Virus record (IMG/VR): IMGVR_UViG_3300032163_000003
Coordinates: 1 to 64,000 of that record
DNA: 64,000 nt
Reading direction: 5' to 3' (one strand)
Origin: a virus
How positions within the stretch are numbered: the first letter of the stretch is position 1; the number at the start of each line of letters is the position of its first letter. The translations under genes and the position numbers were made by a program. Under the pieces are notes generated by a model. It saw nothing but the letters and a program-made list of their open reading frames with translations, was not told the origin of the DNA and searched no databases. Shown here piece after piece: positions 17,092 through 27,900 of the stretch.

Positions 17092-19572
17092 TTGGCTGAG
17101 ACTACGCTTTCAAATCAAATCTTTCTTTCTAGAGATCAGACAAGACTTCAGATAATTGAATACTTAAAAACATATCTGGAGGTTGAGAATGTTGATCTTG
17201 CAAAGAGTTCCTTCCTGTCATTCATTGTAAATGTCTTATCCACTTTGACTTCTAACTTGCTTTTTTACGAAACATCTGTTTATAAAGAATTCTTTTTAAC
17301 TACTGCGCAACTGCCAGATTCTATTCTAAATCTTTCTAGTTTCTTAGGATACAGTTCTACTAACGCTACTTACGCAGAAACAGATTTGTTAATAAGAGTT
17401 CCTTTAAAGTTTACAGACAGCCACATAAGATTTGTTATCCCAAAAAACTTTAATTTCTACGCTGGAAATATTCAGTTTACAACTTACTATAGAACAGAAG
17501 TCACTGTCCTAAACAATAATAGCGCTACTGTTGTGATACAAGAAGAAGATAGAATCTATAACATTCCTGTAAATGTAGATACTACAGCGAATATGGACTT
17601 TTCGTTCCTTCTTCCTGTGAGACAGTATAAACAAACAACTCAAGAGTTCCAGGTAGACTCAGATCTAAAAGCATTCCAGTTCTTTACTATTGATGTTCCT
17701 ATTAAAGGAAAAGTTCAATCTTTAATCGTATCTGTTAGAGATCCCGGAGGAACAGAAGACAAGATCTATAAACAGTTTAGTAGTCTTTACTTGATGTCAT
17801 CTACTGACTACGGTTATGTTTCTAGAAAGACAGCAAAAGGTAGAAGGCTATTCTTTGGAAACGGTCTCATTGGTGTTCAGCCTCTACCAGGATCCGCAGT
17901 AACAGTCCTAATAAATGAGACAGAAGGTTTAGGAGGGAATGTTATTGCAGGTTCACTGAAACGAGGAGACAGAATCTATTACACACCTTCAACATCCCTT
18001 CAAACAAAAATTATAGAATATACAGTAAACAACCCAAGTGGTGCTACTGGAGGAACAGACGAAGAAGACTTAGAAGAAACAAGAAGTAATTCAATCATTA
18101 GTCTAACAGCTTTAAATAGACTTGTGTCGGAACTAGATTACAAAAACGCAAACTATATTGTTCCATTCTCAGCAATGGCGTTAAATCCAATTGCCGTGTT
18201 AAAAAGATCAGATGTCAAAACAAATGAAATTCAACTATATATGCCTCTGGTTTATAATGATTCGTTAGTTCCTACAAGAAACGAAAAAATTTCAGTTCCT
18301 TATGGAACAACTTTCCTTCCAAGAGGAACAGTTATTACAGATTCAGTTCTGATGGAATACATAACACTATTTGATATTACTCTCGACTATATCAATAGTG
18401 TCGCAAACTTTCACTACATAATGTACAAGATAAATCAAACTCTCACTTTAGTAAGTAGTTATGGATCATCTTACGTTATGTCAGCGGGTGAAGTTAATAT
18501 CTCAAAATCTGGATTAACAGCTACTTTTGAAGTTCCATACTTTACAACAGAAATAGACTATACGACAACAACTTGTATAATGGAATTCTTAGAAACAGAC
18601 GAAACATTTACAATGACAAACGATACAATAAATAAAAAATTTATTTATACATTCACAGACTACACAAACATTCCAGAAGGAGACTTAACACTATTATTTA
18701 CAATTAGTCATATTTCAAATCAAGTAGCGACTTACTCATCTACTGTAGTTTTCAGAAAAGATTTAAAAGATATAATGATGTCAAATGTTAAGATTGATTC
18801 AACAAGCGCAATTATTTTTGACATACCAGTGGTCGAAAAAAGTTATTACAATATGGTAGACAAGCAAGAATTTGAGTCCTATGTTCTGCAGAATATGATG
18901 GTAGGTATGGAAACATATCGATATAGGATGCTTACGGATTTCACAAATGTTAAGTTTGTTAATACCTACGGACAAATGCAGAACATGAAATATAATAAGG
19001 TCACCAAACCTTCGGTGAAAGATATTAGAAACGATCCGCCTTCTAGTCCAAGTTTGGGCGATAGATATATTGTCGGAGAAACTTCTAGTATAGAATGGAT
19101 GGGACAAAAAAATAACATTGCGCAACTATCAGATACTACTTCTAACATTTGGACATTCTTTGAACCAAAGACTGACGAAACTATATTTGTAGTTTCATAC
19201 AATGATAAGTATCTATTTACTGGGCAGAGTTGGGTTCTTCCTAGATTTACTTGTCCACTTCAGATAAAAGCAGAAGTCTTTAAAAAAGAGACATTTATTG
19301 GATCTGATACGGAACTAACTGCGAAAATTAAAAATGCTCTTGTGCAAGTATTTAGACCAAAGTTTGGACCTAACGCAGCAATTTATAGATCTCAAATTAT
19401 CAGAGTAGTGCAGAGTATCGAGGGTGTAGACCACTGTCAACTTATCTTTCCAACATCTGACGTTTTCTTTAACTTTGACATTATGACAGATTTAACTCAA
19501 GAACAATTACTTGAATTCTCTCCCGAGTATGTATACTTTACAATTACAGATATTAGTTTAAAGATTATTTAA
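17092..19572 (+). CDS. Baseplate wedge subunit (gp6/J-like) with DUF2793-like insert
   Basis: EFFLTTAQLPDSI...LGY, LFFGNGLIGVQP, GLGGNV, ATGGTDEE, NRLVSELDY; PPSSPSLGDRYIVG. Confidence 0.85.
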   Translation: MAETTLSNQIFLSRDQTRLQIIEYLKTYLEVENVDLAKSSFLSFIVNVLSTLTSNLLFYETSVYKEFFLTTAQLPDSILNLSSFLGYSSTNATYAETDLLIRVPLKFTDSHIRFVIPKNFNFYAGNIQFTTYYRTEVTVLNNNSATVVIQEEDRIYNIPVNVDTTANMDFSFLLPVRQYKQTTQEFQVDSDLKAFQFFTIDVPIKGKVQSLIVSVRDPGGTEDKIYKQFSSLYLMSSTDYGYVSRKTAKGRRLFFGNGLIGVQPLPGSAVTVLINETEGLGGNVIAGSLKRGDRIYYTPSTSLQTKIIEYTVNNPSGATGGTDEEDLEETRSNSIISLTALNRLVSELDYKNANYIVPFSAMALNPIAVLKRSDVKTNEIQLYMPLVYNDSLVPTRNEKISVPYGTTFLPRGTVITDSVLMEYITLFDITLDYINSVANFHYIMYKINQTLTLVSSYGSSYVMSAGEVNISKSGLTATFEVPYFTTEIDYTTTTCIMEFLETDETFTMTNDTINKKFIYTFTDYTNIPEGDLTLLFTISHISNQVATYSSTVVFRKDLKDIMMSNVKIDSTSAIIFDIPVVEKSYYNMVDKQEFESYVLQNMMVGMETYRYRMLTDFTNVKFVNTYGQMQNMKYNKVTKPSVKDIRNDPPSSPSLGDRYIVGETSSIEWMGQKNNIAQLSDTTSNIWTFFEPKTDETIFVVSYNDKYLFTGQSWVLPRFTCPLQIKAEVFKKETFIGSDTELTAKIKNALVQVFRPKFGPNAAIYRSQIIRVVQSIEGVDHCQLIFPTSDVFFNFDIMTDLTQEQLLEFSPEYVYFTITDISLKII

Positions 19573-19582
19573 GGAAATCGAA

Positions 19583-20326
19583 ATGAAATTATGTGAATGT
19601 GGGTGTGGTCAAGAAGTAAAAAAAGAAAAAAATAGATTTATTAGTGGGCATAATCGAAAAGGAACAAAACAATCTAATTTTCAAAAACAAAGAGTTTCAG
19701 AGTCTAACAAAGGAAAGAAAAAAGAAAAGGCAGTCAAAGTCAGTAATAAAAAGTTGCTTTGTAACTATGGGTGTGGACAAGAAGTCAAATTCCAATTTAA
19801 GAATGAAAAATATTGCTGTAATGACAATGTTTCAAAATGTTTGAATATTTCAGAAAGAATTAGAAAAAAAATTAAAGGAAGAAAACAAAGCAAAGAAAGT
19901 ATAGAAAAAAGGTCAAACAAAGGGAAAAAGATTCATAGTAAAAAACATAAAGAAGAATTAAGTCTTTGGATGAAAGAAAATTATAGTTATATACACAAAT
20001 TTATTAAAAAAGTTTCTTCTGGAGAACTCAAACTTAGAGAAATAGTTAAAATTTTATATCCAGCATCAGAACACACACATAGAATTCTTAATTATGATAT
20101 AGATATTACTATTCCTGAATGTAAAATTGCTATCGAATATGATGGGTGGTATCATTTTGATACAGAAGGACATAAAGAATATCATAAGAAGAGACAACAA
20201 GAAATCGAAGAAGAAGAAGGATGGAAGTTCTTAAGATATAATATTTTTCAGAAGTTTCCAACAAAAGAACAAGTTAACGAAGATATTTTAAAATTGCTTG
20301 GAGATAAAAATCATGAAAGCTTTTAG
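19583..20326 (+). mobile_element. Free-standing endonuclease (CxCGCG zinc modules + NUMOD3 + DUF559/Vsr-like domain)
   Basis: MKLCECGCG, FISGHN, YDID...IAIEYDGWYH...GWKFLR. Confidence 0.75.
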
Positions 20327-20585
20327 TTTCTACCAACTACTAGAAAAACTAGATAAAGAATTAGAACAGATAAACCTCCAACCTTATAAAGCTGGTATGT
20401 TTACACCAGCAGAAGATGAAGAAGATGAAAATATGGAAGAGATGGCTGCTCCAGGTTGGGAAGGTTCAGTTAAGAAAATGAAAAAACACAAAGATATTAC
20501 AAATCCTTGGGCGTTGTCCTGGTTTATGAAGAAACAAGGTGCTCATCCACATTATACAAAAAGTGGCAAAAAGAAAGACGAATAA
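20313..20585 (+). CDS. FSFY-leader family protein
   Basis: MKAFSFYQLLEKLD; GGAG RBS; payload APGWEGSVKKMKKH...NPWALSW. Confidence 0.65.
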   Translation: MKAFSFYQLLEKLDKELEQINLQPYKAGMFTPAEDEEDENMEEMAAPGWEGSVKKMKKHKDITNPWALSWFMKKQGAHPHYTKSGKKKDE

Positions 20586-21376
20586 TGAAATCTACTCTTA
20601 ATGACATAGAATCTTTCTACGACAAACTTCTGAATGTTTGTAAGGAAAAGGATTTCTCTGTTAAAACATTAGGAAAAGTTGGAAAAAAATATCCATATCC
20701 AATTTACTTTGTAGATAGAGATGTTCGAATAGGACCAAAGATTTTAGTTTCATCCGGGTTTCACGGGAACGAGCCCGCTGGACCTTGGAGTATTATTTCT
20801 TTCTTAACGAATCTAGATTTAAACTTTATTTCTGGTGTTGATGTTTCTTTTCTTCCACTAGTAAATCCAACCGGGTTCGTAAACAATATAAGAGAAAATG
20901 AAGAAGGGTTGGATTCCAACAGGGGATATATGATTCCGGAGAATAGAGTCGATCTTCTTAAACCTCTAACCAAAGAAGGAAAGATCTTAAAAGATCATGA
21001 AGACTTATTAGCTGGTTCTTCTAAAGATGGACTTATTTGCTTACATGAAGCTCCAGTAATGCAAGAAACGTTTTTTGTTTATGGGTATGAAAACTCTAGT
21101 AAATCAGGCGAATTCACAAAACTATTTAGAGACATTGAATTAAAATACTTTAAGCCTTATCCTGATGGGTTAACAAGAAGAGGACTTACAACTAAAGAAG
21201 GAATAATTCTTCACAATTATGATGGAGGATTTCAAGATTGGCTTTTTAGAGAAAAAAGAATAGAACAAGCAATAGTTACAGAAACTCCTTCAAATAACCA
21301 ACCATTTAATTACAGGTTAGAAGTAAACGTAAAACTAATAGAAACATTTATAAACTACTTTAAGGAAAAAGTTTAA
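20585..21376 (+). CDS. M14-family zinc carboxypeptidase/succinylglutamate desuccinylase-like
   Basis: GFHGNEPAG, PLVNPTG, DSNR, LHE, TETP. Confidence 0.85.
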   Translation: MKSTLNDIESFYDKLLNVCKEKDFSVKTLGKVGKKYPYPIYFVDRDVRIGPKILVSSGFHGNEPAGPWSIISFLTNLDLNFISGVDVSFLPLVNPTGFVNNIRENEEGLDSNRGYMIPENRVDLLKPLTKEGKILKDHEDLLAGSSKDGLICLHEAPVMQETFFVYGYENSSKSGEFTKLFRDIELKYFKPYPDGLTRRGLTTKEGIILHNYDGGFQDWLFREKRIEQAIVTETPSNNQPFNYRLEVNVKLIETFINYFKEKV

Positions 21377-21384
21377 CAAATGCT

Positions 21385-22509
21385 ATGGAAGAACTTCTTA
21401 AGATTGCAAAGCCAGACTTTCCAAAACTAAGCAAAATTATACGTCACATTGCTGGTATTCATTTATCTAACCTTTCAGAACCATGCTATTTTCCAGATCA
21501 TAAAGTCTATTACTTTGAGTTTCTAAATGCACTAACTTTGACAGACCAAGATGTTAAACAATGGATCAAATACTTCTGGAAAGGGATGCCTCAAGCGAAA
21601 GCTGGAATTCAAACAAGAACAACTCCAATGCTTCTAGCATTTCTTATGTGGTTGTTCTTAAAAGAGAAAAATCAACTTTCTTACGAATCTACTATGATAT
21701 TCTTTACTGAAGTAATGTATGCTAATTCGATGCAAGGATCATTTCCAAAGTTTTGTAATATAGATGTTTTCAGGTATACATTAGACCATTTAGCAAAAAC
21801 ACATCTTTTTGTTCGAGAAAAAACTATCTCGGGTGCTATTTTTCACCTTTCCAAAGAAATGATGAAGAAACATACAGAGACTATAAGAAATGTAGATAAA
21901 TTAAGAATAAGTATGTTTATGCAAGAATTAAGAACTAGAATAAATCAAAGCGTTTGGAGTTTTGCTGAACAATACTATATCAACGCTGAAGAAGGGAAAA
22001 AATACACAACTCCGTGGGAAACAGAGGAAGGTAAAGGAGAAGCAGTAGCTCCTGCTGTAGAAAATGTGGAAAGGATTGCTACTGAAATTGCTCGAAGGAT
22101 CACAATTTATGGTGAGATCAACCCTCAAAATTTGGAAACTGCTCAGAAATTGACCAAGATTTCAGGCACTTTTGCTGCCGACATTGCGAAACAAGTATCT
22201 ATACCAGAACACAAAGAAGATGTCAAATTAATTATAGAACTGTTCTTGAGAGAGTTAAGAAGTGTAAAACAAATTTGCGGTAGAGACTTCTTTGGGATGG
22301 TAACAAGTCTTCTTTCAATTAAAAGAACTACTAGACAAGTTTATTTTAAGAAGGAAGTAACATCTTTGCTTCTTAAGGTTCTTAGACAAAGTAAACAAGA
22401 AAAAAAGTTTTTGGGACTTACTAGACAAACTCAATTTAGTGCTATCACATTCCTGTCTCTATACATAATGTTATTTGCTAGACAAACATTATGCCCAGAA
22501 GCAAAGTAA
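21385..22509 (+). CDS. Hypothetical all-helical protein
   Basis: 374-aa ORF at end of operon; no motif recognised. Confidence 0.55.
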   Translation: MEELLKIAKPDFPKLSKIIRHIAGIHLSNLSEPCYFPDHKVYYFEFLNALTLTDQDVKQWIKYFWKGMPQAKAGIQTRTTPMLLAFLMWLFLKEKNQLSYESTMIFFTEVMYANSMQGSFPKFCNIDVFRYTLDHLAKTHLFVREKTISGAIFHLSKEMMKKHTETIRNVDKLRISMFMQELRTRINQSVWSFAEQYYINAEEGKKYTTPWETEEGKGEAVAPAVENVERIATEIARRITIYGEINPQNLETAQKLTKISGTFAADIAKQVSIPEHKEDVKLIIELFLRELRSVKQICGRDFFGMVTSLLSIKRTTRQVYFKKEVTSLLLKVLRQSKQEKKFLGLTRQTQFSAITFLSLYIMLFARQTLCPEAK

Positions 22510-22552
22510 AAAAGAGTCCGGAACTATACAACTGTTCCGGACTCTTTTTTTA
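22508..22552. terminator. Bidirectional intrinsic terminator
   Basis: AAAAAAGAGTCCGGAAC-loop-GTTCCGGACTCTTTTTT between convergent genes. Confidence 0.85.
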
Positions 22553-22951
22553 ATTCCAAATTCCGCCAGGGTTTTCAAAGTTTAGAGGGTCTACTGGTTT
22601 TTTCCCCATGTGCGCCAATATTTCCTTTCCCATCGAACAATTCGCGCAGTCTCCATCACAATCTTCTTTCTCGGACTTTGTGGTTGGACGATCAAATTTT
22701 GTCCATAGAAAAGCCACAACCCATTTAGCGTCTTCTGGCGAATCCGTAATGATTTCTCTCGAAAGAAGCTCATCTCTGAATTCCTTGTTAATTATAAAAA
22801 ACGGATTTTGGGTTGCATCAAAGGGATTCCATTTCTCTCTTGGTCCTTTTTCTAAACCCTTCCAGAAAGTTTCTAACTTCTCACTAAACTTTAATTCTCT
22901 CCATACTTGTTTCGCTGCCATAAAAAACTTCAACCTCTTCTCAAAACTCAT
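22550..22951 (-). CDS. Hypothetical protein with its own class A promoter
   Basis: AGGAGG RBS; CDGDCANC motif. Confidence 0.6.
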   Translation of the reverse strand: MSFEKRLKFFMAAKQVWRELKFSEKLETFWKGLEKGPREKWNPFDATQNPFFIINKEFRDELLSREIITDSPEDAKWVVAFLWTKFDRPTTKSEKEDCDGDCANCSMGKEILAHMGKKPVDPLNFENPGGIWN

Positions 22952-23026
22952 ACTTCCTCCTTTTAGTAATTGAAATAAAATAATCTTTCCTATCTAGTAA
23001 GTAATATATATATAGAAGATCAACGT

Positions 23027-23067
23027 AAAAAAGAGTCCAGAACTAAAAAAGAAATTCTGGACTCTTA
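23027..23067 (-). terminator. Intrinsic terminator, sequence-related to 22508
   Basis: AAAAAAGAGTCCAGAA...TTCTGGACTCTT. Confidence 0.7.
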
Positions 23068-23076
23068 AATTTACTT

Positions 23077-23622
23077 TTATGTTTCCGCTCTTACAGGTGT
23101 ACTCACAACATGTTTCTGACTAGAAGCTGCTTTAATCTGAGCTAACCTTTGTTGTCCTGTTTTTCTCAAAACTTTTTGAGTAAAAGGTTTGTCCCCAATT
23201 TTTGCTGCTGCTATCCTTTTCTGAACCCACGGCGGTTGAGGTCTATCTTTAGTTAAATAATTTTTAACACCTTGCCAGTTTATCTCTTGCAATTCTGAGT
23301 CTTGTACATAAGTTAAGTACGCTTCAATTAACTCTGCTTCTTTAAGATGTTTCTTTTTCTTCTTGGTTCCAATTGTAGCAGTAAAGAACCCACTACCGTC
23401 TGGAAGTCTTACCACTCCAGATTTTGTCTTGGTTACTATTCCTTCTTTAACTTCTTCTGGTTCTTCTAACCTCTGCATCATCTCACCACACTTTGGACAG
23501 GAGTAATGCTGACAAGGAACACCTATGTGATGAACAGATTCAAATCCACATTTAGGACATTTGCATTCCGAATATACAACATCCAGATTTTGTTCTAAAA
23601 CTAAAGGAACCCACGATTTCAT
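23077..23622 (-). CDS. Modular hypothetical protein (zinc ribbon + LPDGSGFF module)
   Basis: CKCPKCG...CPKCG; several LxE sites. Confidence 0.55.
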   Translation of the reverse strand: MKSWVPLVLEQNLDVVYSECKCPKCGFESVHHIGVPCQHYSCPKCGEMMQRLEEPEEVKEGIVTKTKSGVVRLPDGSGFFTATIGTKKKKKHLKEAELIEAYLTYVQDSELQEINWQGVKNYLTKDRPQPPWVQKRIAAAKIGDKPFTQKVLRKTGQQRLAQIKAASSQKHVVSTPVRAET

Positions 23623-23691
23623 TTTATATCTCCTATTTAAAATATAATACAATTTATTTTAATATTGGTATTTGCTGTTTTGGATTTTGTT

Positions 23692-24090
23692 TCACACTTC
23701 GTCAACAATAAACTTCTCCAGAACACTCATCGCTACTGCAGGTAATTTCAGGTCTCCGAATTGATCCAGACTAAATTTATAAACGTCGATCTCAATTTCT
23801 TCCTTACCAAGCTCGGCGAATACTTTTTCAAATTCAATCCTTTTCTCTGGTTCAAATTCATACTGAGTTTTTTCGACATTGAGTTTCATCTCACCTTTTT
23901 CGTCCGTAATAACATACCTCTCGATGAGCTTTTTCCTAGCTTCCTCAAATTCCAGAAATTCTTTGTTTACACCTTTCAAAACCCGATTTAACCAGTACGC
24001 AGTTTTTACTGGTAATGGATTCTGGGCTAGAAAAATAAGCACTTGATGAATTCCTGATAACTCTTCCAATTTGATCTTTTCTTTTTGCAT
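23692..24090 (-). CDS. DUF1617-like phage protein
   Basis: LPVKTAYWLNR...FEEARKKLIERY pattern, downstream of tail fibre. Confidence 0.6.
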   Translation of the reverse strand: MQKEKIKLEELSGIHQVLIFLAQNPLPVKTAYWLNRVLKGVNKEFLEFEEARKKLIERYVITDEKGEMKLNVEKTQYEFEPEKRIEFEKVFAELGKEEIEIDVYKFSLDQFGDLKLPAVAMSVLEKFIVDEV

Positions 24091-24176
24091 ATTATTCTCC
24101 TTCTCTTTTTGTTCTTACGATGACATTATCAAACCATGAGTTTTTGCACAACGCATCCTAAATAATTGCCTTTTGT

Positions 24177-24770
24177 TTATTCTGAAGTCATGTAAAGCAC
24201 CAAAAACGTAATCGATCCAGTATCTACAAGAGTTGTTACATCTAAATATGCTCCTGTTGCTGCGTCTCTAAATTGAAGATACAATCCACCACTCAAAGAT
24301 TGATGAATAGAAAGCGCCGTTCCACAGTTATTTCGCACCATAGTAGCAGCAAGATTTGCCACTACATTACCCGTTATGCCTGCATCTAAAAATCTCAAAA
24401 CAGAGCCAGAGGCATCTAAAGACCAGAAACCATCTGGAGATGTCTCACCTGCGGCGAATTCATCTGACTGTGCATGTTCATCACCATTCCATGCCTGTTC
24501 GGCGGTACATTTTATGTGTGCGGCGATCGCGCCAATGGCCAGGACCCAGAAAAGGAGACTAAGTTTGGTTCCCTGGATAGCGTCGGCCAAGCTTTTCTTT
24601 TGTTCACTCTTCTTCATTTCATCGATCTTGGCCAACACATCGCCATGGCCTTTATCAATTTTTTCCTCGATGCGTTGATTCTACTCGCTCATGTTTTTTT
24701 GTCCGGTTTCGAGACTTCCCAGACATCTCATGACTTCAGAATGTTCAGGGCAAAAAAGTTCAGGCGCCAT
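24177..24770 (-). pseudogene. Chimeric remnant: holin-like ORF with in-frame TAG fused to a tail-fibre-like C-terminal fragment
   Basis: MAPELFCPEHS...MSE*(TAG 24681-24683)NQRIEEKID...TM helix, then abruptly IKCTAEQAWNGD...LVDTGSITFLVLY. Confidence 0.5.
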
Positions 24771-24924
24771 CAGAGGAATCCTTTTGGGGAAATTCCTCTT
24801 TCACTGTACCTTGAAGAATTTGTTGCTTGAACCCATAAAGCTCGTCCAGAGATTTTCCTGGAATGGTTACGCTGTTAAGAAGCTCCAAAATAATGGTCCG
24901 TTCCTTTTCCGTATCGAATATCAT
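24760..24924 (-). CDS. Small fibre-associated protein (54 aa)
   Basis: GGGGG RBS; MIFDTEKERTIILELLNSVTIPG...; overlaps next start. Confidence 0.5.
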   Translation of the reverse strand: MIFDTEKERTIILELLNSVTIPGKSLDELYGFKQQILQGTVKEEFPQKDSSDGA

Positions 24925-24941
24925 ATTCCCCCCTTTTATTT

Positions 24942-27900
24942 TTATGCGCTGGCCAACAATCCGTGGGCTTCAAGTCGAGTTAAAAGCGTGTTGAATTGTG
25001 CAACTATTGTCCCCGCATCTGCATCGACAACATGCGCGCCTTGGTTTGAAACCACCTGCACGTCGTCTACTTTTAGAACGCCTGTGCAGTTAATGTTGCC
25101 TGTTACATCAAGTTTTTCGCCTGGGGCGGTGTCCCCGATGCCGACGTTGCCTGCGTCATCTATATAAATTCTCTGATTCCCACTTCCATCTGCGATGATG
25201 ATTGTATTAGACAACCCAGCAGCCAACCCCGTCACATTCGCCCCGATGATGGTGTTGTTGATCCCCGTCACGATTCCTTTACCTGTATTATACCCAACAG
25301 CGGTGTTGTTCCCTGATCCATCATCTGCGGTTATGTTTAGGTCCCACAGAGCATTGCAGCCAATCCCTACATTGCTATAACCTGTCGTGTTCTTGAATAG
25401 CGCCTGTCCTCCAATGCCCGTATTGTAGCTACCAGTAGTGTTGTAAGCTGAAGCGTACTGGCCAATCCCGACATTATAGCTACCAGTAGTGTTGTAAGCT
25501 GAAGCGGCCTGGCCAATCCCGACATTATAGCTACCAGTAGTGTTGTAGTATAAGCACTGCATGCCAAGCGCAATATTATAATTACCGGAGATATTATAAT
25601 ACAAAGCACCGTAGCCAAGTGCTTGGTTACCGGCCCCTACGGTGTTATTTTGTAAAGCACCATAGCCGATTGCCGCGGCGGCACTACCAGTAGTGTTCAT
25701 TTGTAGGGCGCTCGCTCCGGCTGCAAGGTTGCTGATTCCGGTGGTAGTGTACAGCCCGGCGTTTAATCCTATAAAAGTGTTGTTTACCCCACCACTGACT
25801 CTTAGCTCCATCCCCACTGTTCCATTGGAGAAAGCATAGGATGACAGAGCGGTTGTTCCGGCTGTGATGGCTTTGATGGAGATGAATATAGTCCCGTCAA
25901 AAGTGGAGGTAGGTGTTATGGTTAAATTAGCCGTTGAAGTGGTCGTCGGACCAAATGTGCTTGTCCCATTGGTTGTCCGGGACTGTCCTCCGAAATCTAT
26001 TGTAAAACTGCCCGCTGTCCTACCTGTCACCGTGTAAGTGATCTGATATTTGGTCGCGTTGACGGCCGCGGTCGATTGGGACAAAACTGAAGTGTTGCCC
26101 GTCGTGTGAGTCCAACCAGCACCCCAGCTGCCAGTCCAATCGGTGGATGTCCAGTCACTTTCAGATAGGAACTCGGCTCCATAAGTGGGTAAGTCAGTAG
26201 CCGTTGTGCCTTGTACAGAAAGCCTGGAAGGTGGAGTCAGTGTTCCGATGCCGACGTTGCAATTCATAAAACTAATAAAATCCGTTGCCGCGTCGGTGAA
26301 TTGGATTGTGCCCTTGCCAGATCCAAGACCGATTGTGCCTGCGTCTGGGACGATGGTAGCCGCTGGTAGAGCGATGGTGGTATCAAAAACTACTGTATGC
26401 GCCCCAACATGTTCTCCGATGTGATCCGCGAGAATAGTGGTGGTGTGGAGGGTTGTGAAGTTGCCTTGATTAAATGTCGGACTATCATCTGTCTCCAGCC
26501 CAAGATTCTTCCGAAAGGAAGTCGCACCGGTGTAGGCAAGGCTGGCCAAAACTTTATCTGCGTTTGTTACAACTGGAAGAGAAGCAGTTAGGGCACCAAA
26601 TCTGGAAGCACCTGCTTGCACATCAACGGCATAATTTTTAACTCCCAAAGTAGGTGCGTTTAAAATTATGAGTGTTGCTGCCTCAGTAATTGAAGCACCC
26701 GAAGCAGCAATAATCTCTGGAGCCATAAGATACAGAGTTGCAAATTCTGGATGAGTTTGGTTGGCCACCATTTTAAGAGTGCCTTGAATATAAGCTTCAT
26801 AAGCACCATACGCTCCAACTGCGGGAGTTAAGGTAGAATCGAGAAAAAGTCCAAAAGCATTAGAAGTACTTACAAAACTTCCGCCAAAATGGTACTGCAG
26901 ATGAGAATACAGGGTTCCGCCAATGGCGTGTGGTCCCGCATAACTGGTCACTATTGGCGTGGCTCCCAACCCTGCAAGAGTTGGATTCAATGTTGCAGGA
27001 AAATCAGCGTCTACCAAAGCTCTGAAAGTCGGAGCCGCAACCGCACCAGAGACTGGACCAAAAAAGCCAAGATTTGCGGCTTGGTTGTCAAGTCCCAAGG
27101 CTTGAGTTGAAAGTGATAATAATGTATCAGCGTTTGTGTCGAGAGTTATAGCGTTGTGATGATCGTTCGCTCCAATGCTTCCAAGGTCAGAGTGTACGGC
27201 GCTTCCCCCTATGACGCCAGCAGTCGCCTTAAGAACTCCTGCAAGAGCACCAACTGTCAGGCCAGCCAAGGTTGGACTATCGTCTGTCTCCAACCCCAAA
27301 TTCTTTCTAAATGAAGTCGCACCAGTATAAGCAAGACTGGCCAGAACCTTATCTGAATTTGTTACGATTGGAAGTGAGGCAGTCAGGGCACCAAACCTGG
27401 AAGCGCCCGTCAAGACATTAACCGCATAATTGCTGACTCCAGCAGTGGGGGCTCCAGCAACCAAAAGGGTAGTCGCCTCAGTTACTGAAGCTCCTGATGC
27501 TGGAAAAATAATTGGGGGGCCAACCCATATTGATGCAACTAAAGGATGAACTTGGTTTGCTACTATCCTAAAACCTGGATAAACAAAAGCTCCATAACCC
27601 CCTCTATTCGTTCCTCCAGGAGTTAATACACTTCCACAGCGCATCCCGATAACATCACCCGTACTTACAAACTCCCCCTTTACATAAAATTGAACAGTTG
27701 TGACAACATCCCCACCAATAGCATGAGGCCCCGCATAACTGGTCACTATTGGAGTAGCACCAAGACCAGCGAAGGTTGGAGATGACGAAGTCTTAACAGC
27801 CTGATCAAACCAATTCTCTAAAGCTACACTATCTGCTAACGTAGTAGCAGACGTAGCTTTTGGTAAGTAACCGCTAGTAAGACCTGTAAGTCCAATTCCA

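Noticed and set aside
24681-24683. In-frame TAG suggesting amber recoding (TAG=Gln)
   Set aside because: Long genes are intact under the standard code, and several genes end at TAG immediately before the next gene or terminator (e.g. 16425, 46132). A nonsense mutation is simpler.
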